A DNA stretch of 64,000 nt, taken from positions 416,001 to 480,000 of the forward strand of contig OZ223272.1 of NCBI GenBank assembly GCA_965140585.1. The letters are read 5' to 3'. Shown piece by piece: positions 19,572-31,017 of this stretch (the first letter of the stretch is position 1; each line of letters begins with the position of its first letter). Source of the DNA: Spirochaetia bacterium (lineage in GTDB: Bacteria; Spirochaetota; Spirochaetia; UBA9216). The notes under the pieces are model-generated. The model saw nothing but the letters and a program-made list of their open reading frames with translations, was not told where the DNA came from and ran no database searches. Made by a program: the position numbers and the translations under genes.

Positions 19572-21266
19572 TTATTTTTCTCTCGGATAAGGCCATCCGA
19601 TCACACCGCCTTCAAGAACCTTTACGTTGGTATATCCAAGCCCCTTAAGTATGCATGCGCCCTCATAACCTCTCAGAGAAATCTTGCAGTAGAGGATAAT
19701 CTCCTGATTTTTATCTTTCGGGAGAGTATCGGCCTTCTTTCTGATCATTCCAAGCGGCAGAAGGGTCTCGCCTATTCCAAGGCGCATCTGCTCAAACTCA
19801 TCGGGTCCTCTAACATCAAGCAGGTACAGTTTTTCTCCTGCATTATTACGTTCATAAACTTCCGTTGCGGAGATGCCTGTCATTCTGCCCAGAAATTTAT
19901 TCTGAAGAACATGAGCCGCCGCAATAAAGTTATCGATAGCCGGGGAGAAAGGCGGTGCATAGGGAAGGTCCAGATTAACCAGATCATGCACGCACATCCC
20001 GGCCTGTATAGCCATGGCACCCGTTGAAATACGCTTGGAAACATCACCGGTTCCCACCGCCTGAATTCCAAGCAGTTTTCCGGTTGTCTTATCAGCAACC
20101 AGTTTGATAATCACAGGCATTGCACCCATGAAACCGGGTTTATCAGGTGAGGCCTGAATGGCTGTGAGGATGTTTGAGTATCCCAGTTTTTTTGCCTGGC
20201 TCACGGAAAGGCCTGAGCTTCCAGCGGTGTAGTCGAAAACCTTGCAGATACCCGTACCGATCATTCCCTTGTATTCAGCATTGTTTCCAAGCACCATGTT
20301 CTGGGCGGCAACCCTTCCCTGAAGATTTGCCGCGTCGCCCATCGGCCAGTGCGACTTGTTATGCGTAACCAGGTTTGTCACCTCAACACAGTCGCCGCCG
20401 GCATAAATGTCAGGATCAGAGGTCTGCATGAAAGAATTAACTGATATTCCGCCCCTGAGTCCCACTTCAAGACCGGCGGATGCTGCAAGTGCAGAATTAG
20501 GCCGTACACCTATTGAAACTACAGCAAGATCGCATTCAAGCTCTTCACCGTTTGACAGTTTTACACCGGTTAATTTCCCGTCATCGCCAAGAAACTCCGA
20601 GACGCCGATTCCTGTTATCACATCACTGCCCTTGGTTCTTATGTGGTTTTCAACATGCTTTGCCATTTCCCAGTCAAGGAAGGAAAGGATCTGATCCATC
20701 ATCTCAACCACAGTTATCTCTACTCCGGCAAGTTCCAGGGCTTCACAGGTTTCTATACCGATCAAACCGCCTCCGACTATTACGGCTTTCTTCAGACTGC
20801 CTTCATTCAGACGTTTTTTGAGATACATTGCATCTTCCATGCTCTGAAGTGTTGTAACCCCCTCAAGATCCTTGCCCGGCAGAGGCGGAACAACCGGATT
20901 TGCTCCGGTGGCAAGAAAAAGTTTTGAATACTCCTGGGTAGATTCAACTCCGGTGGTAACATTCATCATTCTGAGTTTTTTTGCCTGCCGGTCAATATCG
21001 GTAACCTCAGTTCCGGTAATTGCCTTGATGTTCTTCACATTCATAAAGAATCCCGGGTCTCTGGGAACTCCGGTAGGCGTTGCAATAAGCTGGCCCGGGT
21101 CGTCGAATACCCCACCAACAAAATACGGATATCCGCATGACGCCATTGAAAGAAAGTTTCCTTTCTGAATCATTACAATTTCCGCTTCAGGGTCCATTCT
21201 CCTGATCTTCGAAGCGGCCTTCGGGCCGGCAGCTGATCCGCCGACGATTACATATGGTCCTGACAT
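19572..21266 (-). CDS. CoA-disulfide reductase/NADH oxidase with rhodanese domain
   Basis: GGSAAG, SMASCGYPY, GGGLIG, YAPPFS, C-terminal LDVR...YC rhodanese. Confidence 0.9.
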   Translation of the reverse strand: MSGPYVIVGGSAAGPKAASKIRRMDPEAEIVMIQKGNFLSMASCGYPYFVGGVFDDPGQLIATPTGVPRDPGFFMNVKNIKAITGTEVTDIDRQAKKLRMMNVTTGVESTQEYSKLFLATGANPVVPPLPGKDLEGVTTLQSMEDAMYLKKRLNEGSLKKAVIVGGGLIGIETCEALELAGVEITVVEMMDQILSFLDWEMAKHVENHIRTKGSDVITGIGVSEFLGDDGKLTGVKLSNGEELECDLAVVSIGVRPNSALAASAGLEVGLRGGISVNSFMQTSDPDIYAGGDCVEVTNLVTHNKSHWPMGDAANLQGRVAAQNMVLGNNAEYKGMIGTGICKVFDYTAGSSGLSVSQAKKLGYSNILTAIQASPDKPGFMGAMPVIIKLVADKTTGKLLGIQAVGTGDVSKRISTGAMAIQAGMCVHDLVNLDLPYAPPFSPAIDNFIAAAHVLQNKFLGRMTGISATEVYERNNAGEKLYLLDVRGPDEFEQMRLGIGETLLPLGMIRKKADTLPKDKNQEIILYCKISLRGYEGACILKGLGYTNVKVLEGGVIGWPYPREK

Positions 21267-21430
21267 TTCTGCCTCCTGTAAATTTTGAGCACTAAATACT
21301 GCAGCCTATAGTGCTGCCCATATCTTAGTGTTTTAATAATGTTATATCGATATATATTGATTTATATATACACAGTGTACAACAGGAGATCATATCTGTA
21401 AAGATAAAGATTAATTTTATTAGGAACAGC

Positions 21431-22804
21431 TTAGATTACTAGTATTACTTGAATGTCACAGACGTTTGTATTTGTGGGTCCGGTTTTAAGCAGCGAATTC
21501 GTAAGTTCAAGTGCATGGTAGCTGTCGTTGTCTTTCAGAAACGAAAGAAGATCAACCTGCTCGGCATTATGAAGTATATCACTGCAGACCAGTCCGCCGG
21601 CCGCATCAGTAGGCCCGTCGTTTCCATCAGTTGCTCCGGAAAGAAAAGCGATTCTGCTCCACAAGTCCGGTTTCTGCTTCAGTTCAGTCATAAAAGCAAG
21701 AGCCATCTCCTGGTTTCGACCGCCGAGACCTGTTCCGTGGAGGATTACAGTTGTTTCACCGCCTGCAATAATGCAGGCAGGCAGACCGCTGATATTGTCA
21801 TGTGCTGTTAGATCGGAAGCTATCCCGAAGTAGAATTTCGCCGCTTCCCTGGCTTCACCTGTGATCCTTGAAGAGAGAATTGTAGTATTGTATCCCAGCT
21901 CCTCTGCCTTATTATGTGCTGCTTTGAGTGCAAGATAATTAGAACCCACAAGCACGTTATCGGTTTTGCTGAAAACTTCATCTCCGGCTTTTGGAGTATC
22001 CGGGGTGTTCCCTGCCTGGCCTGAGAGCAGGAAGCGTATAACAGACTTCGGAAGGTCGTCTTCAAGATCGTATTTTTTTATAAGATCAAAAACATCATCA
22101 TATGCCGTATTATCCGGGGCTGTCATTCCGGAAGCAATGGAACTCAGGTCATCGCCTACTACATCAGAGAGGATAAGGTTAACTGATCTTGCGGGATACA
22201 TAAGAGCGGCAAGTCTTCCGCCCTTAACCCCTGACAGATGCTTTCTAAAGCAGTTAATCTCCTGGATCTCGGCTCCGCAGGCAAGAAGCTGCTTTGTGAC
22301 TTCCTGCTTATCAGCAAGGCTGAGAGTGAAATCCTCATCCTTATACGGCTTGCACAGCAGGGCTGAACCTCCGCCGGATATAAGATTGATTATAAGGGTA
22401 TTTTCATCAGCATCGGAGCAGAGCTTTATCATCTCATCAGCAGCCTGAATGCTGTTCTCATCGGGAACCGGATGGCCTGATTCGATCAGCCTGACGTGTT
22501 TCAGATCTTCAGTATGTCCGTATTTTACAACGATCAGGCCGCCGTTTATCCGGCTGCCGAGCACGGCTTCAGCGGCAAGAGCCATTCTTGCCGAAGCCTT
22601 CCCTACTCCAAGCAGCAGCAGTCTGGAGTAATCATCCAGATTAATGCTCAGTTCGCTGCCGTCTGCCGAAATCTTCAGAATACTGCCATCGAGTTTCATT
22701 CTATCATGGATCAGTTTTTCCGGATCTACAACTTCAAGCCCCGCCATGAAGATCTCCCTGGCGTCATTGTGCATTATTTTTTCAATATTCATTTTATTCT
22801 CCAA
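21431..22804 (-). CDS. Glycerate 2-kinase (MOFRL family)
   Basis: GHPVPD, LISGGGSAL, SDVVGDD, GGETTV, GGRNQE, TGPTNTNV. Confidence 0.92.
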   Translation of the reverse strand: MENKMNIEKIMHNDAREIFMAGLEVVDPEKLIHDRMKLDGSILKISADGSELSINLDDYSRLLLLGVGKASARMALAAEAVLGSRINGGLIVVKYGHTEDLKHVRLIESGHPVPDENSIQAADEMIKLCSDADENTLIINLISGGGSALLCKPYKDEDFTLSLADKQEVTKQLLACGAEIQEINCFRKHLSGVKGGRLAALMYPARSVNLILSDVVGDDLSSIASGMTAPDNTAYDDVFDLIKKYDLEDDLPKSVIRFLLSGQAGNTPDTPKAGDEVFSKTDNVLVGSNYLALKAAHNKAEELGYNTTILSSRITGEAREAAKFYFGIASDLTAHDNISGLPACIIAGGETTVILHGTGLGGRNQEMALAFMTELKQKPDLWSRIAFLSGATDGNDGPTDAAGGLVCSDILHNAEQVDLLSFLKDNDSYHALELTNSLLKTGPTNTNVCDIQVILVI

Positions 22805-23492
22805 GAAAAGTGATCATGGCTTCAGTAATCTGCAGATGCTGTTCTTCCTTTGTTATGGAAGCCTCGTTGTCTCCGTTTTGCGGGCCGTAGGAACCGAAAC
22901 CGGAGTGATTACCGCCTTCTATCTCTATAGTAGTAAATCCATCAGGCAGAAGATAGTCGGCCGCTGCAATTTCCTCAGGGGTGGCTACACCGTCAAGGCT
23001 GCCGCGGATTGAAAGTACATCAATTCCGGTATTGCCGCTCAAGTCCCAGTCCGCCGACGGGTAGGAAGCCCAGAAGGCAATCCCTGTGAACTGATCAGGA
23101 TTTCGGAAAACCACCCCCGAAGCCATTGCACCGCCCAGTGAATGTCCGGCTATCCAGTAATCCCTTCCGGGAAAATCTTCCATAACATCAAGGGCAGCAT
23201 TCTGCTTAAAGACAGCCAGGTCGAAGGGCATCTTTACAAGCACTGTGGTAATACCTTCAGATGCAATCATAGTCAGAACAGGCAGATAGGCAGTCTCATC
23301 GACAAGCCCGCCGGGATAGAAAATGAGCAGCTTTGAATCAACAGCACCGCTGTCGGCCTCAATGAGGTAGTATTCTGAAAGCTCAGAAACAGAAACTCCT
23401 GCCGCAAGGTCCGAATCAGAATAATCAGGCGCAAGAGAGCAGGAGCTCAGTAAAAGAAGGGAAATTAAAAGTACGAGTATTCCCGGTTTCAT
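22794..23492 (-). CDS. Alpha/beta hydrolase lipoprotein
   Basis: Lipobox LSSC; FYPGG, GHSLGG, GGNH. Confidence 0.85.
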   Translation of the reverse strand: MKPGILVLLISLLLLSSCSLAPDYSDSDLAAGVSVSELSEYYLIEADSGAVDSKLLIFYPGGLVDETAYLPVLTMIASEGITTVLVKMPFDLAVFKQNAALDVMEDFPGRDYWIAGHSLGGAMASGVVFRNPDQFTGIAFWASYPSADWDLSGNTGIDVLSIRGSLDGVATPEEIAAADYLLPDGFTTIEIEGGNHSGFGSYGPQNGDNEASITKEEQHLQITEAMITFLGE

Positions 23493-23493
23493 T

Positions 23494-23910
23494 TTAGAAC
23501 CGGGAAATTCTGCTTACATTGTATTTTTCAAGAATTTTAATACCGTGCTGTACATCCTCAACCTTGAAGATAATCACGGCCTTATCCGAATTACTCTCAA
23601 GTGAGGAATAGAGGTACTCAATGTTAACCCCGTTTTCATCGAAAATCTTCATCACATGGGCAAGTCCGCCCGGAGTGTCGCCGACCTCAACTCCTAAAAC
23701 AAGGTTTTCCTTGGCTGTGAAACCGTTCTTTTCAAGAAGAGCCAGGGTTTCATCCGGTTTGTCTATAATTATCCTGAGAATTCCGAAATCAGCGGTGTCG
23801 GCTATACTTATCGCGCGAAGGTTGAATCCCGCTTCTCCGAGCAATCCGGATACCTCGGCCAGCCGGCCTGATTTATTTTCAAGAAAAACTGATATCTGCT
23901 TTAAAGCCAT
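23494..23910 (-). CDS. ACT domain protein (tandem ACT)
   Basis: QISVFLENKSGRLA...DTPGGLA; typical paaK neighbour. Confidence 0.9.
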   Translation of the reverse strand: MALKQISVFLENKSGRLAEVSGLLGEAGFNLRAISIADTADFGILRIIIDKPDETLALLEKNGFTAKENLVLGVEVGDTPGGLAHVMKIFDENGVNIEYLYSSLESNSDKAVIIFKVEDVQHGIKILEKYNVSRISRF

Positions 23911-23933
23911 AATGCCTCCTAAAATATGCTGTC

Positions 23934-25235
23934 CTAGAGATTTCTCTTATCGATGACTCTTTTGGCTTTTCCGATGCTTCTTTCAATAGTCTTTGGTTCA
24001 ACAAGTTTGATTGTCGCATTCACCCCAAGCCTGTTTTTCATCTCTCCCTTGATCTTTGAGCGAAGACTTTCCATATTTTTGGTTTCATCCGAGAAGAACT
24101 GTTCCTTCACTTCCACCCAGACTTCAACTTCATCAAGATGCTTCTGTCCCCGGTCAACAACTATCTGGTAATGCGGCTGTGTTTCCTCCATCTGAACAAG
24201 GATTTCCTCGATCTGGGTCGGGAACACATTCACACCCCTGATAATCAGCATATCATCGGTCCTGCCCATAAGTCTATGCATTTTTACCGATGTTCTGCCG
24301 CAGGCACATTTCCCTCTGCTAAGGTAAGTGATGTCGCGTGTTCGGTAACGGAGAATGGGAGTACCCTGCTTTGTAAGGGTTGTAAAAACCAGTTCACCCT
24401 TCTCACCGTCAGGCAGCACCTCTCCGCTTATCGGATCGATAATTTCAGGATAAAAGAGGTCTTCATTTACGTGGAGACCGTCCTTGCATTCGCATTCATT
24501 TGCGACACCCGGGCCGATAATTTCGGTAAGTCCGTAGATATCAAAGGCATCCAGGTGAAGCTGAGCCTCCATTTCCTTTCTCATTTCCTCTGTCCAGGGT
24601 TCCGCTCCGAAACATCCGGCCTTAACCTTCATATCCTTCATAGAGAAGCCGTTCTCCGCAGCAAACTCGGCAATATAAAGCGAGTATGAGGGCGTACAGG
24701 TAAGAAAGGTTGTGCCGAAGTCTTTCATTACAGTAAGCTGGCGCGCTGTATTACCGCCTGAGATGGGAATAACATTAGCACCGATTGTCCTTGCTCCGTA
24801 GTGCACACCAAGACCGCCTGTAAAAAGACCGTATCCGTAGGCATTCTGAATTACATCATTCTTTCCGGCACCGGCCATGGTAAGACAGCGGGCCATGCAT
24901 TCACCCCAGATATCTATATCCTTCTGTGTGTAGGCATCGACAACGGGAGTTCCTGTGGTTCCGGAGGACTGATGTATCTCAACAATTTCTGATTCATCTA
25001 CGGCAAGCAGCCCATAGGGGTATGTCTCACGCATTTCATCCTTTGTAGTAAAAGGAAGTTTTGAAATATCCTTAATATCCTGGATGTCAGAAGGTTTAAC
25101 ACCAAGTTCATCAAATTTTTTTTTATAGAAAGGAACCTTTGCGTAAAGGTTCTCTGCAAGTTTTGCGAGACTTTCAGTCTGTACTTTTTCAAGCTCAGCC
25201 TGGGGCATTGTCTCCATTTTTTCATTCCAAATCAT
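23934..25235 (-). CDS. paaK: Phenylacetate-CoA ligase family
   Basis: [40 protein letters not shown]. Confidence 0.93.
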   Translation of the reverse strand: MIWNEKMETMPQAELEKVQTESLAKLAENLYAKVPFYKKKFDELGVKPSDIQDIKDISKLPFTTKDEMRETYPYGLLAVDESEIVEIHQSSGTTGTPVVDAYTQKDIDIWGECMARCLTMAGAGKNDVIQNAYGYGLFTGGLGVHYGARTIGANVIPISGGNTARQLTVMKDFGTTFLTCTPSYSLYIAEFAAENGFSMKDMKVKAGCFGAEPWTEEMRKEMEAQLHLDAFDIYGLTEIIGPGVANECECKDGLHVNEDLFYPEIIDPISGEVLPDGEKGELVFTTLTKQGTPILRYRTRDITYLSRGKCACGRTSVKMHRLMGRTDDMLIIRGVNVFPTQIEEILVQMEETQPHYQIVVDRGQKHLDEVEVWVEVKEQFFSDETKNMESLRSKIKGEMKNRLGVNATIKLVEPKTIERSIGKAKRVIDKRNL

Positions 25236-25869
25236 ATCTTACTCCTTCTGTCATTCCGGTTATTCCGTAACGCAGTATTCTAACAACGTAGGTCCAGTCA
25301 TTAAGGTAATCTTCCTTAATCTTCTCGATATCCGTTTCGGTTTCGATTTCAGATATAAAATCATACCTTGTTTTCATAATGAACCATGATACTAAATCCA
25401 TTGCCCGTCTCTTCGGTATATTTATTGAAGAAAAGTCGCAGTCGTCGAAAAGCCGGCTGAAGTGGGTACTGCCTATTTCGAGAACCTTTTTCTCAAGCTT
25501 CCGGTCGCTGATCTTATGGGTATTTACAATCAACGAAACATACTTGGGGTTACTTATATAGAAATCTATAGCCAGGCTGGCATAGAGAAACATACGATCA
25601 ATCAGCGATGCCGGAAGTTCCTTCCCTTCATGTCTGGCTTCCCAGGCAAGATGGGCTGAAATTCTATCATAACCGTATTTCACTATGTACAGAAAAAGCT
25701 CTTCCTTGCTGGAGGTATACTCGTAAAGGCCGCCCTTTGAGATGCCCGCCTTTTTAATGATTCTGTCGGTAGAACTTTTCTCGTAGGAATAACTGCCGAA
25801 CTCGTTCACACAGGCGTTTATGATACGCTGTTTTTTCTCCCTGGGGAGCCTTTCAAAAGTAGATTTCAT
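25222..25869 (-). CDS. TetR/AcrR family regulator
   Basis: N-terminal [22 protein letters not shown]. Confidence 0.88.
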   Translation of the reverse strand: MKSTFERLPREKKQRIINACVNEFGSYSYEKSSTDRIIKKAGISKGGLYEYTSSKEELFLYIVKYGYDRISAHLAWEARHEGKELPASLIDRMFLYASLAIDFYISNPKYVSLIVNTHKISDRKLEKKVLEIGSTHFSRLFDDCDFSSINIPKRRAMDLVSWFIMKTRYDFISEIETETDIEKIKEDYLNDWTYVVRILRYGITGMTEGVRYDLE

Positions 25870-26007
25870 ATAGTTTATTGATTAATCCGACTAAACGGTC
25901 AGAATTATATTAAGCTCAGTGTGAAAAAAAATCAACAACGAAATCAAATTGACTATATATGAGTTCGCCCCTCGACAACCGGATGTTAATTATTCTATAT
26001 TTCATAT

Positions 26008-26619
26008 ATGGACAAAGTTTACCTTATTGGAATATGCGGAGGCTCAGGCTCCGGAAAGACTACAATCGTTAAACAGATTGAGAAAATTGTACCGGATTTT
26101 GTTTTTATACCGCAGGATAATTATTACAAATCAGCTGAGTATATCAACAATCAGAATATTACAGCCTTCAATTTCGACCACCCCGACGCCTTTGACAACG
26201 ATCTGCTGATAAGTCAGTTAAAAGATCTTAAAAAAGGAAGGGCCGTGGACATGCCCCTGTATGACTTTGTTCATCACCGCAGAGCCGATGAAACAGTAAG
26301 GGTTGAACCGCGGAAGGTAATTATTTTTGAAGGAATCATGATCTATTCCGACAGAAAAGTCCGGGACCTTATCGATCTGAAGCTCTTTGTCGATACCCCA
26401 AGCGACATCCGCTTTATACGCAGAATGAAGCGAGACATAGAAGAACGCGGCCGTACAATGGAATCGGTAGTCACCCAGTATATGGAAGTGGTCCGCCCCG
26501 GACATATCGAATTCATCGAACCGACAAAAACCTTTGCGGACCTAATAATCCCTGAAGGCGGATATAATCAGACAGCACTTGAAGTACTAACTGCCTTTAT
26601 AAAGACAAATCTTATATGA
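26008..26619 (+). CDS. udk: Uridine kinase
   Basis: GICGGSGSGKTT, QDNYY, NFDHPDAFD, RRMKRDIEERGR. Confidence 0.95.
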   Translation: MDKVYLIGICGGSGSGKTTIVKQIEKIVPDFVFIPQDNYYKSAEYINNQNITAFNFDHPDAFDNDLLISQLKDLKKGRAVDMPLYDFVHHRRADETVRVEPRKVIIFEGIMIYSDRKVRDLIDLKLFVDTPSDIRFIRRMKRDIEERGRTMESVVTQYMEVVRPGHIEFIEPTKTFADLIIPEGGYNQTALEVLTAFIKTNLI

Positions 26620-28856
26620 GCGAACATAGATTATTTGCAACCTGCCCCGTTTATCTGGAAGAACTTCTTAAAGAAGAAGTTCTAACCTTCGGCGGCAGAG
26701 ATCCAAAAGTAGTACATGGCGGTGTTGAGTTTCAGGGAAGCCTTGAAAGCGCATACAGCATCTGCCTATGGTCGCGGACTGCCAACAGGCTGCTGCTTCC
26801 TGTTCTTGATTTTGAAGCAATTGCTCCCGAAGACATTAAAAAGGCTGTTGAAGAGTTTGCATGGGAGAATTTCTTTAACCTTACATCAAGTATTGCCGTA
26901 ACCTCCACAATATCAAAATCAAAAATCTGCACACCCGATTACTCCGCCCTGCTTGTAAAGGACGGAATAGTGGACAGGGCAAGAAACCTGACAGGAACCA
27001 GGCCCGCAGTTGATACAAAAAATCCGGATGCCCGCCTTCACCTTCATATAAGGCTTAAACAGGCTTCAGTGAGCATAGACCTGTCAGGCGAACCGCTGCA
27101 CAGGCGCGGCTACCGGCTCAGCGCTGCAAAGGCAGCTGTACGCGAAAATACAGCCGCCGCGGTGCTAATGCGTGCAGGATGGAACACTTTCGCGGCAGAA
27201 GAATCATGCCGCCCCTTTCTGGACCCTATGTGCGGCTCGGGAACCCTGCTTATTGAGGCTGCGATGATAGCAGCGGACATGGCACCCGCCATTGACCGGA
27301 AATACTTCGGATTCATGAAACTTAAAAATTTCCAGGCCCCGCTCTGGGAAAAGATCCAAGCTGGTGCTCAGAGACGCCGAACTGAGGGACTTGAAATTGT
27401 GCGTAAATGCAGCGCTCCGCTTTTTTACGGCAGGGACAGTGAAGGCTTTGCGGTACGCACAGCAATTAACAATATCAAGGCCAGTCCTGCAGCCGATCTC
27501 TGGAATGACGGATATTTTGACATATCGAAGGCTGATTTTTTCAAGGATGATAAACCTGCAATACCGCATCCTGGACTTCTGGCAGTAAATCCGCCATACG
27601 GAGAAAGACTCGGCAAGGATCAGAACATGCTGATGTTCTATGGACGTCTTGGCGAACATATTAAAAAAAGCTTTCCCGGCTGGAATATTTCAATCTTGAC
27701 AGGAGACAGACAGCTGTCAGAAGCTACCGGCCTTAAAGCCGATAAAATCAATACCGTTTATAACGGCGGAATCCGTTGTTCACTTTCGCATTTCAGGATT
27801 TACGAAAAGCAGGAAGAGGCCCAGACCGACGCTGGTGCTGAATCACCCTCAAAGCAGCAGGAAAAATCTGCAAAAAAGCCTGCCTGGCCTTCATTTGAAG
27901 AACTCAGCCCCGGAGCACAAATGCTGTACAACCGGCTGAAAAAGAACTCAAAGAACCTGAAAAAGTGGCTTAAGAACACAGGACTTGAATGCTACCGGCT
28001 TTATGACGCTGATATGCCGGAATATTCGGTAGCGGTTGATATCTATCCGCCCAATGCCGTTGTTCAGGAATATGCACCTCCGAAAACAATCGATCCTGTG
28101 GCTGCTGCCGGACGTCTGCGTGAAGCGCTTTCCGCCGTATCAGCCTACCTTGAACTGCCCGAGAAATCAGTTGTTCTGAAACAGCGAAAAAGACAGAAGG
28201 GCTCAAGCCAGTACACCAAAAAAGAAGAAAACCGTTACGGCACTCAGAAACTCATTATGAAAGAACACGGGCTGAAGTTTCTGATCGACCTGAACAACTA
28301 CCTTGATACCGGTATTTTCCTGGACAGCCGGCCTCTCCGTATGCGTATCAGAGAACTGGCCGATGATAAAACCTTTCTGAATCTTTTCTGCTATACAGGG
28401 ACAGCCTCTGTGTATGCGGCTGCAGGCGGAGCTTACGCCACAACATCAGTAGACACCTCAAGGACTTACCTCGACTGGGCAGAAGAGAATATGAAACTCA
28501 ACAAATTTGATTCAGGAAATCACAGTTTTGCGAGGGAAGACTGCATGCAATGGCTTAAATCGAGTATTGGTGAATATGATTTAATCTTTCTTGATCCTCC
28601 AACTTTCTCCAACTCCAAGGACAGGGATGATATATTCGACATTCAAAGAGATCATGTAAATCTTATACGGCTGACTGCATCACGACTCAGTTCTGACGGA
28701 ACCCTGATCTTCTGCAATAATTATCGAAAATTTCAAATGGATGCGGAGCTTTCCACTGATTTTGAAATTAAAGAGATCTCGGAACAGACCATAGATCCCG
28801 ATTTTAAAAGGAATTACCGCATCCACAGAAGCTGGGAAATTAAGCACAGAAAATAA
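26616..28856 (+). CDS. rlmKL: 23S rRNA m2G2445/m7G2069 bifunctional methyltransferase RlmKL
   Basis: THUMP region, DPMCGSGT, NPPYGERL, YRLYDADMPEY, LNLFCYTG, DPPTFSNSK. Confidence 0.95.
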   Translation: MSEHRLFATCPVYLEELLKEEVLTFGGRDPKVVHGGVEFQGSLESAYSICLWSRTANRLLLPVLDFEAIAPEDIKKAVEEFAWENFFNLTSSIAVTSTISKSKICTPDYSALLVKDGIVDRARNLTGTRPAVDTKNPDARLHLHIRLKQASVSIDLSGEPLHRRGYRLSAAKAAVRENTAAAVLMRAGWNTFAAEESCRPFLDPMCGSGTLLIEAAMIAADMAPAIDRKYFGFMKLKNFQAPLWEKIQAGAQRRRTEGLEIVRKCSAPLFYGRDSEGFAVRTAINNIKASPAADLWNDGYFDISKADFFKDDKPAIPHPGLLAVNPPYGERLGKDQNMLMFYGRLGEHIKKSFPGWNISILTGDRQLSEATGLKADKINTVYNGGIRCSLSHFRIYEKQEEAQTDAGAESPSKQQEKSAKKPAWPSFEELSPGAQMLYNRLKKNSKNLKKWLKNTGLECYRLYDADMPEYSVAVDIYPPNAVVQEYAPPKTIDPVAAAGRLREALSAVSAYLELPEKSVVLKQRKRQKGSSQYTKKEENRYGTQKLIMKEHGLKFLIDLNNYLDTGIFLDSRPLRMRIRELADDKTFLNLFCYTGTASVYAAAGGAYATTSVDTSRTYLDWAEENMKLNKFDSGNHSFAREDCMQWLKSSIGEYDLIFLDPPTFSNSKDRDDIFDIQRDHVNLIRLTASRLSSDGTLIFCNNYRKFQMDAELSTDFEIKEISEQTIDPDFKRNYRIHRSWEIKHRK

Positions 28857-28932
28857 ATTTGCAATTCCGGAATTTGCTATTCTCCTGGGCCTTTACTAAG
28901 ATTTAATTAGAAAGGAATAAATAGGAGAAAAG

Positions 28933-31017
28933 ATGTTTTTATCATCATCTGTTAAAAATAAACATATATTTTCGTATGCAGGCATGGCGGTAGTCATAAG
29001 CCTGATAATGAGCACAGCAGCATACATTGGTTCAATTCGTATTCTTGAAAACGAAGTGGGAAAAACTCTTCAGCGGGAAGCCGATCTGATGGCTCAGACC
29101 TATGAATCATGGGTGGACCTTCAGCTTGGTCAGCTTGAAGTTGTAGCTGCAAATTTTGATTTTGACTTCAGTCCGGAAATTGAACAGCAACTGCTTCAGG
29201 AAGCAGAACGCTTAGGTTTCAACTCAATGTCTGCCGCAGATATTTTCGGTAATCTCCATGTCTCCGGAGGTCCGGTAATCGATATTTCCAACCGAGCCTA
29301 TCTTCAGAAACTTTTCAAAACCGGAAAATCAGTTGTTTCGAATCCGGTATTCAGTGCGGTAAAGGGCGAAGAAGATCTTCTGATTGTTCTGTTTGCGGCC
29401 CCTATCTATAGGAACGGGAAACTGTTCGGAGCGCTCATCGGACAGCGCAACGCTGAATACCTCAGTGAAAAAATCAATACCATCTTCTATGGCGATGATG
29501 CTCTGAACATGGTTCTCTCTGAGGAAGGCATTCCCATTGCCAGTACAAACCTGGAGATGGTTCAGCTGCAGAAGTCAATTTTTGAAATGGCGGATGAAAA
29601 CAGCACAATGCAGCCGCTGTCCCTGCTGGCTGAAAAGATGACAGCCGGAGAACGGGGGATCCTGACAATAAAAATGGGAGGCACCTCTATAATTTCAGCA
29701 TATTCCCCCATCCCGAAATATAACTGGAGTGTCTCAATAGGTTCACCTCAGGATGTTGCTTTTGCTCCGGTAAATGGATTGAAAAACATATTTATTGGAA
29801 TATCTCTTACTATGGTAATCGCCGGTATACTCATCTCAGTTCTTGTAGGAACAGCATTTGCAAAACCGGTGCAACTCATTGCCGAAACAATTAAGGGCAT
29901 TGCCAGCGGTGAAGGAGATCTTACTAAAAGAATTGAAATTGACCGCAAAGATGAAATCGGCAGGCTTGCCGGCGGTTTCAATCATTTTGTGGAAAATCTC
30001 CATAAAATAGTCAGTTCACTTAAACAGACTCAGGAGGCTCTGGGAGGTATCGGCGAAAGGCTCGCTAACAGCTCTTATGACACAGCAAGCGCAATCAGTG
30101 AGATTCTTGCTAATATTGAAGGAGTAAGAAGACAGTCCTCCCACCAGGCAGAGAGCACCAATTCAGCTTCGGAGGCTGTCAGTGAGATGGCAAACAGTAT
30201 CAGCAGCCTTGAATCAATGATCGACAGTCAGGTTTCCGGCAGTGTGGAATCATCCGCCGCGGTTGAACAGATGGTAAGTAATATTGCATCAGTTACCGAG
30301 ACTGTCGAGAAGATGGCTGAAAAGTTCAGCATGCTGACCGAAGAAGCATCAATCGGCAAGGTCAAACAATCCGCAGTTGATTCGAGCGTCCGGGAAATTG
30401 CCAGTCAGTCAGAGCTGCTGATGGAGGCAAATGAAGTAATTGCCGGAATAGCTTCACAGACCAACCTGCTGGCTATGAATGCCGCAATTGAAGCCGCGCA
30501 CGCAGGAGAGGCGGGCAAGGGTTTCTCTGTTGTTGCCGATGAGATAAGAAGGCTCTCGGAAACCTCGGCGGAACAGTCAAGAAGCATCGGATCGGAACTT
30601 GGCAAGATATCTCAAACAATTGCCGAGGTTGTAGAGACATCCCGTGAATCAGAGACAGTTTTTGCCTCGATAACTTCAGAAATAGATACGACAGACATTC
30701 TGGTTAAACAGATTGAAAGGGCAATGGCCGAGCAGCGGGAAGGCTCAAAACAGGTTCTGATTGCATTGTCCGAAATAAACGATATCGGTGAGAACGTAAA
30801 AGCCATGGCCGGAAGGGTGAACAACAGTGCCGGTGAAGCTCTCAGCGCAATGCAGGATCTTAAACAGACTTCATCTACAGTGCTCGGCAGTATGGATGAA
30901 ATGGCTACCGGGACCCAGCAGATAAATCAGTCATCACAGGAAGTATCAACACTTTCGGATGAAATGAACAGGAACATCAGCGAGATGGAAGAGGTAATCG
31001 GACGCTTTAAAGTTTAA
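28933..31017 (+). CDS. Methyl-accepting chemotaxis protein (Cache + HAMP)
   Basis: Two TMs, [42 protein letters not shown]. Confidence 0.95.
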   Translation: MFLSSSVKNKHIFSYAGMAVVISLIMSTAAYIGSIRILENEVGKTLQREADLMAQTYESWVDLQLGQLEVVAANFDFDFSPEIEQQLLQEAERLGFNSMSAADIFGNLHVSGGPVIDISNRAYLQKLFKTGKSVVSNPVFSAVKGEEDLLIVLFAAPIYRNGKLFGALIGQRNAEYLSEKINTIFYGDDALNMVLSEEGIPIASTNLEMVQLQKSIFEMADENSTMQPLSLLAEKMTAGERGILTIKMGGTSIISAYSPIPKYNWSVSIGSPQDVAFAPVNGLKNIFIGISLTMVIAGILISVLVGTAFAKPVQLIAETIKGIASGEGDLTKRIEIDRKDEIGRLAGGFNHFVENLHKIVSSLKQTQEALGGIGERLANSSYDTASAISEILANIEGVRRQSSHQAESTNSASEAVSEMANSISSLESMIDSQVSGSVESSAAVEQMVSNIASVTETVEKMAEKFSMLTEEASIGKVKQSAVDSSVREIASQSELLMEANEVIAGIASQTNLLAMNAAIEAAHAGEAGKGFSVVADEIRRLSETSAEQSRSIGSELGKISQTIAEVVETSRESETVFASITSEIDTTDILVKQIERAMAEQREGSKQVLIALSEINDIGENVKAMAGRVNNSAGEALSAMQDLKQTSSTVLGSMDEMATGTQQINQSSQEVSTLSDEMNRNISEMEEVIGRFKV